Counted from the first letter of the stretch, positions 1 through 11,500 are shown. The stretch is 64,000 nucleotides of DNA from an uncultured Candidatus Saccharibacteria bacterium (GCA_964447415.1 CAYUSN010000001.1:121727-185726), one strand, 5' to 3'. Notes: a model not told the origin generated them from the sequence alone. Translations and numbers: made by a program.

Positions 1-1
1 G

Positions 2-466
2 GAAAGCAGAAAACTCCGCCGAGAGTTCGGCGGATTCAAGACGACGTTCGACCGCTTCTACATCTGGCGACAACAGGAACGCGAGGAGCTCCGTTCACTG
101 GCGCACGACGGCTTCATCACGGACTCGCCGCTGTTCCACAACTACATCGCCGCGAAGCTGTACTCCAGCGAACCGCGCGACTATCTGGCGGTACGCGAGC
201 TGCTGCGGATGTGCCATGAAATCGAGGGGCGCTATCAGCTCATCGTCATGGCGGAGGATCCGCGCGAGATTCCGTACAGGAAGGACCAGTCGCGCAGCGG
301 CAACGAGGAGAACGCGCGCAAGCGCCACGCGCTCACGCGTAGCTACGTGGAACACTTCCTGCCGGAGCAGTTGTTCCTAGTCCGCGGTTCGGTTCAGGAA
401 CGTCTCGAGCAGGTCGTGGCGCATCTCACGCTCATGCGCGCGTCGGGGAGAAGGCATCTGCGATGA
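2..466 (+). CDS. Hypothetical protein, 5'-truncated by the window edge (3' portion only). Open frame runs from nt 2 to TGA at 464-466. About 60% GC.
   Basis: Continuous frame-2 ORF entering from the window edge with protein-like composition. No family recognised. Confidence 0.4.
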   Translation, partial: ESRKLRREFGGFKTTFDRFYIWRQQEREELRSLAHDGFITDSPLFHNYIAAKLYSSEPRDYLAVRELLRMCHEIEGRYQLIVMAEDPREIPYRKDQSRSGNEENARKRHALTRSYVEHFLPEQLFLVRGSVQERLEQVVAHLTLMRASGRRHLR

Positions 467-628
467 CGATCAGCATTCACGCCCCGTCGCAGTCTCGTTT
501 TTTGAGACCGCGACGGGGCATTCGTATATAGGGGAAAACGGGTATAATTTGACAGTAACTTTTTTTAAGTTATAATTCTCATCAGAAATACGGCATGGAG
601 CCGTTTTTTCTTCAGAAAAGGAGGGTTT

Positions 629-1126
629 GTGAGCAAAGCACGCGCTTGGCTCATCGCGCTCATCGACTCCATTCACGGGGTCACGAGCGAAGAGTTCGGC
701 ACCTCCGTCACCAAGGTGACGGAGAAGAAGGACGGGGAAACCGAGATCGCCAAGATCGAGGGCTTCCTCGGGCAGTTCTGGACGCTCGCCTGGAACCGTC
801 AGCAGGCCGTTCGCGCGCAGGTGATGCGTGCGATGGCCGAGAGCATCGAGACCGGCAAGGATCCATCCGACGAGGAGAGGAAGCGGCTGGAGTCCGAGAC
901 CCGCGAGGCCGACGCGATGATGAGCCTGTTCTGGTTCCTCGTCAGGCGGCAGTTCCAGCTCGACGGCGGGACCATCGGGGTCCGCCGCGGAGGCGTTCTC
1001 GTCTCGGTGCCCGAAGAGCCCGAGGACGACGGTCCCAACGTCATCATCCACGCCGTTCAGATCCCGCTTCCGCCTTCCGGCGGCATCCTCTCCAAGATCT
1101 TCGGCGGCGGGAAACAGCAGCAGTAA
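629..1126 (+). CDS. Hypothetical protein, 165 aa, GTG start, in a ~60% GC island.
   Basis: AAAGGAGGG Shine-Dalgarno 5 nt upstream of GTG. TTGACA/TATAAT-like promoter at about 540-575. Hairpin plus T tract downstream. Confidence 0.5.
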   Translation: MSKARAWLIALIDSIHGVTSEEFGTSVTKVTEKKDGETEIAKIEGFLGQFWTLAWNRQQAVRAQVMRAMAESIETGKDPSDEERKRLESETREADAMMSLFWFLVRRQFQLDGGTIGVRRGGVLVSVPEEPEDDGPNVIIHAVQIPLPPSGGILSKIFGGGKQQQ

Positions 1127-1153
1127 CAGCAGTTCTTCGTCTGCCATTCCAGA

Positions 1154-1200
1154 GGCCCGGCGCGCAGTCAGCGCCGGGCCGTTTCGTATCCTGTTATTTT
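1154..1200 (+). terminator. Intrinsic terminator hairpin GGCCCGGCGC-gcagtca-GCGCCGGGCC followed by a T-rich tail.
   Basis: 10-bp GC stem read directly. Downstream T tract is interrupted. Confidence 0.45.
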
Positions 1201-2213
1201 TGATTCTCCAGGAATTCCAAGACCTTTTGATTGGCGAGCGCGTTTGCGACGTACGCCTCAACATGTGCGCGCTTTGCATCTTTGTGGTGCGAGAGAATAT
1301 GCTCGGTTTCCTTCTTGATTTCCTCGGCCGACGGTTCCAGTTTTTCCGAAAGACCGATGTCGTGCAAAATGAGCTGTTGCTTTGCGCTTTTCTCCGCGTC
1401 GGAGCGCCACTCTTTCCGCAAATCTTCAGGCGTTTTTTTGATGTGCGCCATGTATTCATCCGGTTTCAATCCGAATTTTTCAATGTCGTGCACGAACTGC
1501 GAAAACATTTTGTCCAGCTCCGCTTCCACCAGAATGTCGGGAATGACAACTTTTGTTTTATTCGTGATGTCTTCAAGAATCGCAATACGCAGCGCCTCGC
1601 GCGCCTTGTGTTTCTTGTCATGGAGGAGCCCGTCTTTAATTTTTGCCTTAAAATCAGCGACGTCTGTGAACGCACCGAACTCCTTCACCACGTCATCGGT
1701 GAGCTCAGGGATCGGGTCATCTTTTTTACCTGCACGCTCGTTTTTCTCGCGGAGCGCCATTTCTATAAACTTCGTGATCTCGTCGTCTTCTATGGTGATT
1801 TTTTCATCGGCGCTTTTTGCGACGTGTTTTTTTGCAAGCGCTTTGTAGTCGGGAAGCTCCACTTTCGGCATGACCGCAGTTTCGATTTTAAATCCGAGCG
1901 GATTGCCGGGCGCGAGTTTAGTCACTGACACGGCGGGACGTCCGATGGCGTCAATCTCATGATGCGCGAGCATTTTCGGGTAGTGTTCCGAAAGCGCGTG
2001 TTCCGCCATTTCCTGTAAAACGGCGTCTTCACCGATTTTTGAAAGCAGGATGTGTTCCGGTACGTGCCCTTTGCGGAAGCCGTCCATCTCGACGTGTTGT
2101 CCGAGCTTTTGTATGACGTGCCCGCGGTGTTTTGTGAGCTCCTCGTGCGGCAACTCGCCTTCGATGGTAACGGTCGCGTTGCTGTTCTTGGTGATTTTGA
2201 AGTTGGTATACAT
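1194..2213 (-). CDS. tig: Trigger factor (ribosome-associated chaperone and PPIase).
   Basis: N-terminal GFRKGHVP ribosome-binding signature and overall trigger-factor layout. Start taken as MYTNFK at 2213; the longer ORF reaches 2264. Confidence 0.85.
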   Translation of the reverse strand: MYTNFKITKNSNATVTIEGELPHEELTKHRGHVIQKLGQHVEMDGFRKGHVPEHILLSKIGEDAVLQEMAEHALSEHYPKMLAHHEIDAIGRPAVSVTKLAPGNPLGFKIETAVMPKVELPDYKALAKKHVAKSADEKITIEDDEITKFIEMALREKNERAGKKDDPIPELTDDVVKEFGAFTDVADFKAKIKDGLLHDKKHKAREALRIAILEDITNKTKVVIPDILVEAELDKMFSQFVHDIEKFGLKPDEYMAHIKKTPEDLRKEWRSDAEKSAKQQLILHDIGLSEKLEPSAEEIKKETEHILSHHKDAKRAHVEAYVANALANQKVLEFLENQK

Positions 2214-2256
2214 GATTGATTTTCTTAACGAGCGCCGCGAGTTTTGAAAATCATCA

Positions 2257-2289
2257 TCCAGCACTCAGTTTTCCCAACTGAGTGCTGGA
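2257..2289. repeat. Hairpin element, copy A: TCCAGCACTCAGTT-ttccc-AACTGAGTGCTGGA.
   Basis: Perfect 14-bp inverted repeat with the same ATCCAGCAC/GTGCTGGAT tips as the elements at 11981, 23350 and 45689. GAAAATCAT direct repeats flank it at 2246-2254 and 2295-2303. Confidence 0.6.
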
Positions 2290-2357
2290 TTCCCGAAAAT
2301 CATAGTCGTTACCACTCCTTGATTTTCGGAAGTGTACCAGTTTCCGTACCAAAATAA

Positions 2358-2395
2358 AAGACCGCCCCGGTTTTCCGGGACGGTCTTTTTCGTTT
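2358..2395. terminator. Bidirectional intrinsic terminator: GACCGCCCCGG-ttttcc-GGGACGGTC flanked by an A tract and a T tract.
   Basis: Hairpin with poly-A upstream and poly-T downstream. Lies downstream of the minus-strand 2402-2653 gene. Confidence 0.6.
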
Positions 2396-2401
2396 CCTGA
2401 A

Positions 2402-2653
2402 TTACTGTGTCTGCTCGAGCTCCTGAAGGTCTGCGTCAAGCTCGGCTTCAAGACCTGAAAGGTCTTCTGCCTGAAGCTCGCTTTCGATATTGGCGACCTC
2501 CTGTTCGTCGGTTGTTTGCGCCGCCTTCTGTGACTGCAGTTCGGAGTAAAAGAAGTACCCGCCGATTGCAAGCACGATGACGACGATGATAATACCGACG
2601 ACCGGACCGTTACTTTTTGCGGTCGGTGTTTGCATGGTTTCCATTTGTTCCAT
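2402..2653 (-). CDS. Small single-pass membrane protein, 83 aa, with an acidic C-terminal tail.
   Basis: One hydrophobic helix (VVGIIIVVIVLAIGGYFFY). Terminator immediately downstream. Confidence 0.5.
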   Translation of the reverse strand: MEQMETMQTPTAKSNGPVVGIIIVVIVLAIGGYFFYSELQSQKAAQTTDEQEVANIESELQAEDLSGLEAELDADLQELEQTQ

Positions 2654-2689
2654 GAGTGATGTACTTAAAATGAATAAATAAATGCGTTG

Positions 2690-3292
2690 TTAGTTGTCGT
2701 CATCCTCGTCATCGTCATCGCTGTCGTCTGCGTTTGCAAGTCCCGCTTTGATTGCAACGATGGCGTCCACCAGCTGTCCGTGCGCCTTTCTGATGAGATC
2801 TTTGACGGCGCCGAGCTGTACGCGCAATTCCGCGATTGCACCGGACGGCGTGGTTGTGCCGAAGTCTTCAAGGATGTCGGCTAACTCAATGGTATTGAGC
2901 GCTTCCTGTGCGTCGCTGAGTGTGTCGCGTGCGGAATCAACGTGACCTTGTGAAACGTCAACAGCAACTCCTTTGTCCGCGAGAAGATCGAGGCGCGCAT
3001 CAATGCGGTCTGCAAATGAGATGAGCCGGTCAATTGCACTCTGAAAACGTTCGGAGACGCGCTCAAGAATGTCACCGACTTTTTGCTGGCGAGTCTCCTG
3101 CATTTCGGCGCGCCGTTCTTCGAAGCGAGTTTTAATTTCCTCTTTTTTCTGCTGGAGCTCTTCACGTTTTTCCTGCCAACGTGCTCCCCATTGTCCTTTC
3201 GTTGAGGTTGAGGTCGTTGCATCTGCACTCGCAAACGCAAGCGGCATCACCAGAAGCGCCGTTGCGGCTACTCCGATAAATGTTTTTTTCAT
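2690..3292 (-). CDS. Secreted coiled-coil protein with an Asp-rich C-terminus, hypothetical.
   Basis: N-terminal signal peptide MKKTFIGVAATALLVMPLAFASA followed by heptad-like E/R/K/Q-rich sequence. Confidence 0.55.
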   Translation of the reverse strand: MKKTFIGVAATALLVMPLAFASADATTSTSTKGQWGARWQEKREELQQKKEEIKTRFEERRAEMQETRQQKVGDILERVSERFQSAIDRLISFADRIDARLDLLADKGVAVDVSQGHVDSARDTLSDAQEALNTIELADILEDFGTTTPSGAIAELRVQLGAVKDLIRKAHGQLVDAIVAIKAGLANADDSDDDDEDDDN

Positions 3293-3410
3293 ACGAATAA
3301 AAAATTATTACTGACAATAGTTCGACTGTAAGGGGTATTGTACACCACTGCCGATAGTATGGAAAAGAACGGAAAAGCGGTTACAAAAACAGCCCGATTC
3401 GGACTGTTTT

Positions 3411-3956
3411 TTAGAGGTCCATTTTTTGCTGATACATGCGTGCGGCGCGCTCGATTGCCTTGAGCGCATCGGCTTTTCCGGAAAAACCGTTGATGGTAAC
3501 TTTGTTTTTTTCGGGCAGGTCGTCTTTGAGTGCTTTGTACGTTTCAAAAAAGTGCTGGATTTCACGCAGTGTGTGTTTGTTCAAATCTTCGAGGTCCTGC
3601 ACATCTTCCCATCGTTTGTCGTGCACGGGCACGGCGAGCACTTTGTGGTCGGGAAGTCCGCCGTCAACCATGTCCATGAAACCGACGGCACGAACCGTTG
3701 CAAGGATACCCGACGGAATCGGATAGGTGGCGAGCACAACAACATCGAGTGCGTCGCCGTCGTCCCACAGTGTTTGTGGTACGAATCCGTAATCAAACGG
3801 GTAGCCGGATGCGTTGAAGTTCGCGCGGTCAAGCGCGATGAGTCCCGTCTCCTTATCAATCTCGTACTTGTTGTTGGAGCCCTTCGGGATTTCAATAATG
3901 GTGTTGAATTCCTCAGGTGCATTTTCTCCGATAGGAACGTCGTGCCAGTAGTTCAT
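3411..3956 (-). CDS. ppa: Inorganic pyrophosphatase, family I.
   Basis: 181 aa matching family I PPase throughout (DHKVLAVPVHD..., Asp-rich metal site). Confidence 0.9.
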   Translation of the reverse strand: MNYWHDVPIGENAPEEFNTIIEIPKGSNNKYEIDKETGLIALDRANFNASGYPFDYGFVPQTLWDDGDALDVVVLATYPIPSGILATVRAVGFMDMVDGGLPDHKVLAVPVHDKRWEDVQDLEDLNKHTLREIQHFFETYKALKDDLPEKNKVTINGFSGKADALKAIERAARMYQQKMDL

Positions 3957-4102
3957 GGTGGGATGTCTGTTTTTGGGGACCTCTACTCAACCGTTGGCGC
4001 GATGTTTCACGCAACAGATGAATTTCTTATAAAGTGGGTAAAAGACTTTAGAAAAACTTTATCTTTTCTTTATCTAGATTTTATCTTTACCAAAAAACGG
4101 CT

Positions 4103-5413
4103 CTATTCCCCGTCTTTTTTGGTGTCGTCGTTTTCCTCAGGTGCTTTCGTTTCATCCTCGTTTTTTCCGTCGGTTTTCGGTTGCTCTGTTTCACCGCTTT
4201 GTGTTTCGGCGTCGTCGGCAAGCTCAGTGGCGACGTGCTCTACGGATTCTTCCAACACACCGTCTTCAAGAGATTCACCGCCTGCGGACTGAATATCAAT
4301 ACGCCAACCGGTAAGTTTTGCGGCCAAACGAACATTTTGTCCTCCGCGGCCGATTGCAAGTGACTGCTGATCTTCGGTGACGCGCACCACCGCGCTGTGG
4401 GTGTCTTCGTCGATAATTTCAACGGAAAGTACTTTCGCAGGTGAGAGCGCGTCTTCAATGAAATGTTCCGGAGTTTCTGACCATTCAATAACGTCAATTT
4501 TTTCTCCCGCCAATTCACTCATCACCGTGGAGACGCGCACGCCGCGCTGACCGACGAGTGCGCCAACGGGATCAATGTGATCGTCGTTTGACCACACGGC
4601 AACTTTTGAACGCGAACCCGGTTCGCGCGCGATCGCTTTGATTTCAACGACACCGGACGCTACTTCCGGACACTCATTTGCAAACAGCTCCGCCAAAAAT
4701 TGCGGGTGTGAGCGCGACAGTCGCAGAAAGACTCCGCGTGGCGTCTCTTCCACTTTGAAGAGGTATGCGCGGATGCGTTCTCCTGCGCGATACCGCTCAC
4801 CCGGAATCTGTTCGTCGTACGGTAAGATGCCCACGGCGCGTCCGAGATCAACAAAAATATTTCCGCGCTCGATGCGCTGTACGGAACCGGAAAGAATTTC
4901 TCCTTCGCGCTGGCCGTACTCTTCCGAGAGATGCTCTTTCTCGGCCTCGCGGATTTTTTGAATGATGACTTGCTTTGCGGTCTGTGCGGCGATGCGGCCG
5001 AAGTCGTCGTGCGCATCAAGCGGAAAAATAATTTCGTCGCCCAACTGTGCACCCTTCTTCATTTTTTTCGCATCTTCAAGCAGCATGTGCTTCTCGGGGT
5101 TAAACACGGGAAGTTTGACGACAAGCTCGCCGGTTTCCGAAACCTCCGGCGCTGCGGTCTCTTCTTCATCCTCGGCGTCTTCTTTGAAGCGGACCGTTGT
5201 GTCATCAACGACCGTCTTTACCTGTTCAAATTCAGTTGCGCCGGTGTTGAGGTCAAAGTGTGCGCGAATAACCTGATCACGTTTCCCGTACTCTTTTTTG
5301 TACGCGGTTGCAAGCGCAACGGCGATTGCGTCGAGTACTTTTTCTTTGGTGATGCCGCGCTCTTCTTCAAGTTCTCCGAGCACTGCGGTCAATGTTTTAA
5401 GGTCGAATGTCAT
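4103..5413 (-). CDS. nusA: Transcription termination/antitermination factor NusA.
   Basis: N-terminal domain, S1 domain and two KH domains (ALVGQRGVRV... type). Acidic C-terminal tail. Start taken as MTFDLK. Confidence 0.85.
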   Translation of the reverse strand: MTFDLKTLTAVLGELEEERGITKEKVLDAIAVALATAYKKEYGKRDQVIRAHFDLNTGATEFEQVKTVVDDTTVRFKEDAEDEEETAAPEVSETGELVVKLPVFNPEKHMLLEDAKKMKKGAQLGDEIIFPLDAHDDFGRIAAQTAKQVIIQKIREAEKEHLSEEYGQREGEILSGSVQRIERGNIFVDLGRAVGILPYDEQIPGERYRAGERIRAYLFKVEETPRGVFLRLSRSHPQFLAELFANECPEVASGVVEIKAIAREPGSRSKVAVWSNDDHIDPVGALVGQRGVRVSTVMSELAGEKIDVIEWSETPEHFIEDALSPAKVLSVEIIDEDTHSAVVRVTEDQQSLAIGRGGQNVRLAAKLTGWRIDIQSAGGESLEDGVLEESVEHVATELADDAETQSGETEQPKTDGKNEDETKAPEENDDTKKDGE

Positions 5414-5772
5414 ACGAATAGTGGTTACCGATATCTGTGAAACAAAAGTGCCGCGTCCGTTTCTGGCGCAGCAACCATACACACAATATTAATACGGACA
5501 GTATACGCCGACCCGCACGCGTGTCAACCCCGGTAGAGATTTTTCTGCTCAAAAGAGTGTAGGAGTTGTTATAGAAAGCACCTGAAGAGAAAATACGATA
5601 CCAAGTGAAGGGTGTCTCTAACGGGGTCAACTGTCTGCTGTTATCAACATATATTATATGAGCCAGACGGCTTTGTACGATACAATGAAAGCACCATTGG
5701 ACCCGCATTCTCGGCGTTCCAACGTTTCTCTATCAACATTTTTAATCGTCGTTTCGTAACCGCACTATATAT

Positions 5773-6315
5773 ATGGAAAACATGAACATAAACCCGATGT
5801 CAGGCATTAATGCTCCGGGACCAGTACCGTCACGCGGAGGCCGCGGAGGCGTCCTTAAGACGCTTATTATCGTCATCGTCGCACTTATCGTTATTTGGGG
5901 CGCCGTGAAGCTCTTTTCTCGCGTCGGTGTCTCGGACGAAGACGCTGCACGAGGGTACTCTGTGGAGAGCGCCGATGAAGGCGAGGTCGTGTCAAGTTTT
6001 CCTTCTGAGTTTCTCGTTGAACCGAACGCGGCAGTTAGTGGTAGCTATGAACTGAAGTACACAAATGGCAGGGGAACGCTTCCGACTGTTGAATACACTT
6101 CGGAAAGGTCACTGGACGAAAATATCGCCCTGTTTAAGGGTATTTTGACCGATGGCGGATGGAGCATCACGAAGGAAGCGACATCAGAAGAGGCGCCTAC
6201 AACCAACTTCTACGCACTGAGGGGCGGAAACGACGTCAATATCACACTGACTGACATAGAAGGTGTAGTCACGGTCCACATCGCATACATTGAACGCGTG
6301 CCCATGGCGGAGTAA
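5773..6315 (+). CDS. Membrane-anchored hypothetical protein, 180 aa.
   Basis: Gly/Arg-rich N-terminus, then a TM helix (LKTLIIVIVALIVIWGAV) and an extracytoplasmic domain. Confidence 0.5.
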   Translation: MENMNINPMSGINAPGPVPSRGGRGGVLKTLIIVIVALIVIWGAVKLFSRVGVSDEDAARGYSVESADEGEVVSSFPSEFLVEPNAAVSGSYELKYTNGRGTLPTVEYTSERSLDENIALFKGILTDGGWSITKEATSEEAPTTNFYALRGGNDVNITLTDIEGVVTVHIAYIERVPMAE

Positions 6316-6338
6316 CCCGGCTGTACTTCAAACCAACT

Positions 6339-8540
6339 ATGAAAAAATATTTTAAACTGCCGATACTCACCGCAACCCTTGTACTTCTGGGTTTTTCTCT
6401 GTTTCCGAACGCCGCACAGGCAATGTGTGATCCGCTGTATGGAGACGGTGAACGAAATCCGCGTATTGATAACCCAGGCTCTGTTTCTCTGAGTGCCGAC
6501 CAAAACACGCTGAACGTCTCAGGTGCCATGTGGTACCCAGGAGCTCTTTGCCCCGATCCATCGGCGGAAAAAGAGGGGCAGATGGACAGTTTTGTTCAAG
6601 GGGCGTCTCCCTCAATAGTGGGACCGTCTCAAAATAGGACAACAGCGGGACCACACACATACTCAGGTTCTCTCAATGTTTCTGCATTGCCCAACGGTAC
6701 GTATACACTCACGCTCGTTGTCGACAGTATTTTCGGTGTTCCCGGCGAGGATTTTGCGTATCACCAATTTACTATTACAAACCGCAATCCGCTGACAGTT
6801 GGTTCCTGTTCAGGAAGTCCGAACCCGGCGACAACAGGCTCCTCAATGACGTGGTCAGTTCCTGTTCCGACAGGAGGAACGGGGAGCTACACGTATTCGT
6901 GGAGCGGGACGGACAGCCTGGGCGGTACTACGCGCACGGTCAACAAAACATATACAACGACCGGAACAAAAAACGCATCGGTTGTCGTGACGTCAGGCGC
7001 GGAGCAGGTTACGAAAAACTGCAGTATTACCGTGAATGCACCAGCAAGCAATCCGACATGTTTGCCTAGTCCATCCACGGTAACAACAGGACAAACAACA
7101 AGTATCTCCGCTTCAGGTGGCAGTGGCGGTACATCACCGTATTACACTTGGAATACAGATGGCGGTTCATCGTGTGCGGCGGGAACACCGTGTAGCACAT
7201 CGTGGACGACGACGGGCACAAAGAACGTGACCGTAACACGCAACGGTGTAACATCGCCGTCTTGTCCGGTGACGGTGGGTCCGCCTACCAACTACACACT
7301 GACCATCAATAAAGTCGCTGATCCGATTACAGGTGACGGAACAGACTACGCCAATGTCACCAGTGTTAGTCCCGACGGTCAGATTTCGTGCTCGGGAACA
7401 TGTAATACAGATACGGGCTCGTATGCTGCAAGTACTGTGATAAATACTAATACGTCAATCACTTCACCGGGAACATGGGTGGGTCTCGGTGCGGGTTCTG
7501 ATGCAGCATGTGGTGATCCGATGACGATGCCGGCGCGTAACGTGACGTGCAATATGGTATTCGGACTTGAAACTCCTCCTGATGACGATGACGACCCGCC
7601 GACGGGTATCGCATGTAGCGGTCCGGCAAACGTTGCGCAGGGCGATGAGGCGACATTTACCGTGTCGGGCGGCTCATCTCCGTACTCATGGTCATCAACG
7701 GGAAATCCGGGCAGCGGTTCGGGAACAAGCTACACTACCAGTTGGGGATCGCTTGGCACAAAAACCGTGACGGTCTCCGGTGGCGGAAGTGATACCTGTT
7801 CTATCTGTGTCGGCGCGTTTGGTTCGTGCGATGAACCTAATCCACCACCGACCGCAACGGTTCATATCAACGGATTTTTAACACCGCAAAACATTACTGC
7901 AGGACAATCGGCGACGGTGGGTTGGTCATCCACAAATGCGGCAGGGTGCAGGCTAACATCTTCTCCGGTTGATTCCGGTTGGAATGAGCTAGTCGCTGGA
8001 ACAAGTGGTTCGAAAGTACGGTCTCCTTCGGCAACAACTATATACACCGCACGCTGTACGGGGCTTGGCGGCTCTGCGTCAGATTCAAACACACTCAACG
8101 TCACTTCGTCTCCGCTTTCCTGCGACCCTCCGGTACAGGGGACGTATCTCAACACAAATGCAACAGTCAATGCGTCGGGTGGTACCGGGAGCTACACGTG
8201 GAATACGGGCGGCGGCACAACATGTCTTCCCGGTTCATCGTGTACAACACAGTATTCAACAACGGGTGCCAAGACGGTAACACTCTCTGACGGGTCGGGA
8301 GTCGCATACTGCACCATTAACGTTACCGTGCCCCCTGCTGCTCTGACGTGTGCTCCAACGACGCAGGAAATTGCGCCTGGCGCAACGGCAAACTTCACCG
8401 GCTCCGGAGGATCCGGAGGTCCGTACTCGTGGTCCGCTCCGGGCGGCACTCCGTCAACCGGAATAGGCACAATTTTTGCATCTCTCTTTAGTACAGCCGG
8501 AACGTACTACGTGACGGTAAGCGAAAGTGCATCCGATTAA
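6339..8540 (+). CDS. Large secreted repeat protein with PKD-like repeats and a divergent InlB B-repeat-like domain.
   Basis: Signal peptide. Repeated ~75-aa Cys-bracketed T/S/G-rich modules (…YTWS..GG…TGTKTVTV…). A ~95-aa module (NYTLTINKVADPITGDG…ARNVTCNMVFGL) is shared with the next gene. Confidence 0.75.
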   Translation: MKKYFKLPILTATLVLLGFSLFPNAAQAMCDPLYGDGERNPRIDNPGSVSLSADQNTLNVSGAMWYPGALCPDPSAEKEGQMDSFVQGASPSIVGPSQNRTTAGPHTYSGSLNVSALPNGTYTLTLVVDSIFGVPGEDFAYHQFTITNRNPLTVGSCSGSPNPATTGSSMTWSVPVPTGGTGSYTYSWSGTDSLGGTTRTVNKTYTTTGTKNASVVVTSGAEQVTKNCSITVNAPASNPTCLPSPSTVTTGQTTSISASGGSGGTSPYYTWNTDGGSSCAAGTPCSTSWTTTGTKNVTVTRNGVTSPSCPVTVGPPTNYTLTINKVADPITGDGTDYANVTSVSPDGQISCSGTCNTDTGSYAASTVINTNTSITSPGTWVGLGAGSDAACGDPMTMPARNVTCNMVFGLETPPDDDDDPPTGIACSGPANVAQGDEATFTVSGGSSPYSWSSTGNPGSGSGTSYTTSWGSLGTKTVTVSGGGSDTCSICVGAFGSCDEPNPPPTATVHINGFLTPQNITAGQSATVGWSSTNAAGCRLTSSPVDSGWNELVAGTSGSKVRSPSATTIYTARCTGLGGSASDSNTLNVTSSPLSCDPPVQGTYLNTNATVNASGGTGSYTWNTGGGTTCLPGSSCTTQYSTTGAKTVTLSDGSGVAYCTINVTVPPAALTCAPTTQEIAPGATANFTGSGGSGGPYSWSAPGGTPSTGIGTIFASLFSTAGTYYVTVSESASD

Positions 8541-8550
8541 TTCCACCATT

Positions 8551-11500
8551 ATGAATACACACAAAAAAATCTTTCTCGGACTTCTGGTGGCGGCTGTGCT
8601 CATTCTTCCATCGTCTGCGTTTGCACTCATGCCGTATGGCGAGGGTGATGAACCGCCGAACAATGAACCGCCGGGAAATCCGTGTTCCCTGAACTCACCC
8701 AGTATTACAACAGGCGGTATTACAATTACCGGCTCAACAGCGAGAGGAACATTCACAAACACCTCTGCGGACTGTACCTACAAAATCGGCATTGCGTCGT
8801 ACAAAATCAACGACCAACTCTCTGATTACACTGAGTTTATCAACGCACAGGTGCTGAATGATTCCGATTACACGACAGTCGGTCCCGGTGCATCGGTTGA
8901 AGTTTCAGCATCTATTCCGTCGTGTGACTATCAGGTTGACCTGTATGCGTACAAGGGGACAAACAACGTGCCGATACCGCCGGATTTCTGGTATGCGTTG
9001 AGCACAACACATCGATTGTTTGATTACCAAATGACGGGGGCGCTCGTATCCTGTTTTCGCCCGACGTGTTCGGCAAGTCCGTCGACGGTTGCGCCGAACA
9101 CGAACACTACACTTACCGGATCAGGGGGTTCTGCAGGGTATCCCTACACATGGTCTGGAGGAGGAACTCCGGCGACAGGGTCCGGCACCACATGGGCGAC
9201 ACAGTGGGCAAATCCGGGCACGAAGACAGTAACGGTGACGCGCGCAGGACAGTCAAATACCTGTCAGGTAACTGTTGGCGGTGATTGTGACTACCAATGT
9301 ACGCTCGGTATTACGCCGTCTTCTGGTGCCCCCGGAGCGAGCTTTACCTTCAACGTACAGGCGACGGGCGATAACGGATATTGTTCCGGTGCAGGCACGA
9401 ACAGAAAGTTTTACATTGATTACACCAATGATGGCACCTATGACGCGACAACGCCGTGGACGGGGTGTTACGAAAGTACATGTAAAGACGGTGCATGGAC
9501 AAGCGCACCGTACTCCTCGCCAGGTTCATACACCGCAAAGGGAAAGATGGATTGGCAGAACAATCCGAACGGAACGGTGACACGCACGTGTACCGCACCG
9601 GTGACAATCTCATCAACATCGTACACGCTGACCATAAACAAGGTTGCCGATCCTGTTACGGGTGACGGTACCAATTACGCTGACGTGACGAGTGTGGACG
9701 GGCAGATTTCCTGTTTAGGGGCGTGCAATACCGATACCGGTTCGTACGCTGCCGGTGCCACAATAGATACGATTACGACGATTACGCCGCCCGGAACGTG
9801 GGTGGGACTTGGAGCCGGTTCGGATCCCGCATGCGCCGATCCGATGACAATGCCGGCACGCAACGTGACGTGCAACATGGTGTTCGGACTCTCTCAGGCG
9901 CCTGTTTGCTCTCCTGCAACGCAGACGGTGACGACGGGACAGCAGGCGAGCTTCACGGCGTCAGCGGGGACCGGCACATACTCGTGGTCAGGCGGAGGGA
10001 CACCTTCAACAGGCTCCGGAGCTTCATGGTCAACAACGTACAGTACGACAGGAACGAAAACAGTGACAGTAAACAGCGGAGGACTGATTGACACCTGTTC
10101 GGTGACGGTGACCACGGTCCCGCCGACCAACTACACACTCACTGTTACGAAAGCGGGTACCGGTTCAGGTACGGTGACCAGCAGTCCGGCAGGAATTTCT
10201 TGCGGTGCTGACTGTACTGAAAGTTATTCCAGCGGAACATCGGTAACCATGACGCCGACGCCTGCTGCGGGGTCAACGTTTGCGGGATGGAGCGGCACCG
10301 GTTGTACGACAGGGACCGTGTCGATGACTACAAACAGAAACTGTACGGCAACGTTCAATGCTTCGGTAACCAACTACACACTCACTGTTACAAAAGCAGG
10401 CACAGGCTCAGGTACGGTGACGGCACCTGCAGGCACAGGCGACGGAATTTCCTGCGGTACCAACTGCACGGAGGCCTACGGAAGCGGCACACCGGTCACG
10501 ATGACGCCGACAGCGACACTGGGGTCAACCTTTGCGGGATGGAGCGGGCTCGGTTGTACAACCGGAACGGTCACCATGAGCGCAAACAGAACCTGTACGG
10601 CAACATTCAACCTATCTCAACTCTCGTGTGCGGCGGTATCACCCGACGTTGTGGTGGGTGATTATGCGAGATTCAACGCATCCGGCGGAACCGGCTCTTA
10701 CTCATGGTCGGGAGGGGGAATACCTGCGACAGGAAACAGTAATCCGTTTGTTACACAGTACACCAGCACAGGATTGAAAACAGTGACGGTGACAAGCGGA
10801 ACACAAAATGCGCAGTGCTCAGTCAATATCATTCCCGTACCCGCATCGGTGTGTCAGGTAAACGTGGCAGATGTCTGCGGACAAATCCGCGTGACCTCAA
10901 ACATCGGTACGACGTGGAGAATCACGGGTGCAGACGGAAAAATAATTGATCAAACAGAAGACGCAGGTACCACGCCTGTCGTCTACGACAAAACGGTCTG
11001 CGGTATGTACTCCATCACTAACATTCCTGAACGCGCCGGCACTGCTCCGGTGGTGTCTCCCGCCGACTCAGGCGATCTGGTGCAGGGAGGTGTGCTTGAA
11101 TTCAACATCAACTACGCGGCACCGGTTGACCTCAAGGCCAACGGAAAAGACAGCGGTGTGGAAGTGGTTCAAGGGACTCCGGCATATCTGACCTGGACAA
11201 CAACGGAAACAATTGAACCGGGCTCATGTGTTGCCTCAAACGACCGGAATCAGCCATCGTGGGATGGATCAAAGGCCGACAAAGGAGAACAGAACTCCGA
11301 TCCGATAGATGCAAAAACAATCTTCACGCTTACGTGTTACAACGCAAAAGGCGCAGAGTTCTCCGATTCTGTTGACGTCAGTCCACGCCCGCCGGTGTGT
11401 AACAACGACAAAGATGATGACTTTGACGGGTTCTTTGACTGGGACGGTGCAGGAATAACGGAACCGGACCCAGGGTGTGACGGTAATCCTACTAAAGACA

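Noticed and set aside
470-1459. 329-aa minus-strand ORF overlapping the 629-1126 plus-strand gene and the tig 3' end.
   Set aside because: Arg/Pro/Ser-rich low-complexity translation, typical of the antisense frame of GC-rich coding DNA. It overlaps two better-supported genes.
9066-11320. Numerous 60-120-aa ORFs on both strands inside the giant repeat-protein genes.
   Set aside because: All are alternate-frame artefacts nested in long, well-supported secreted-protein ORFs.
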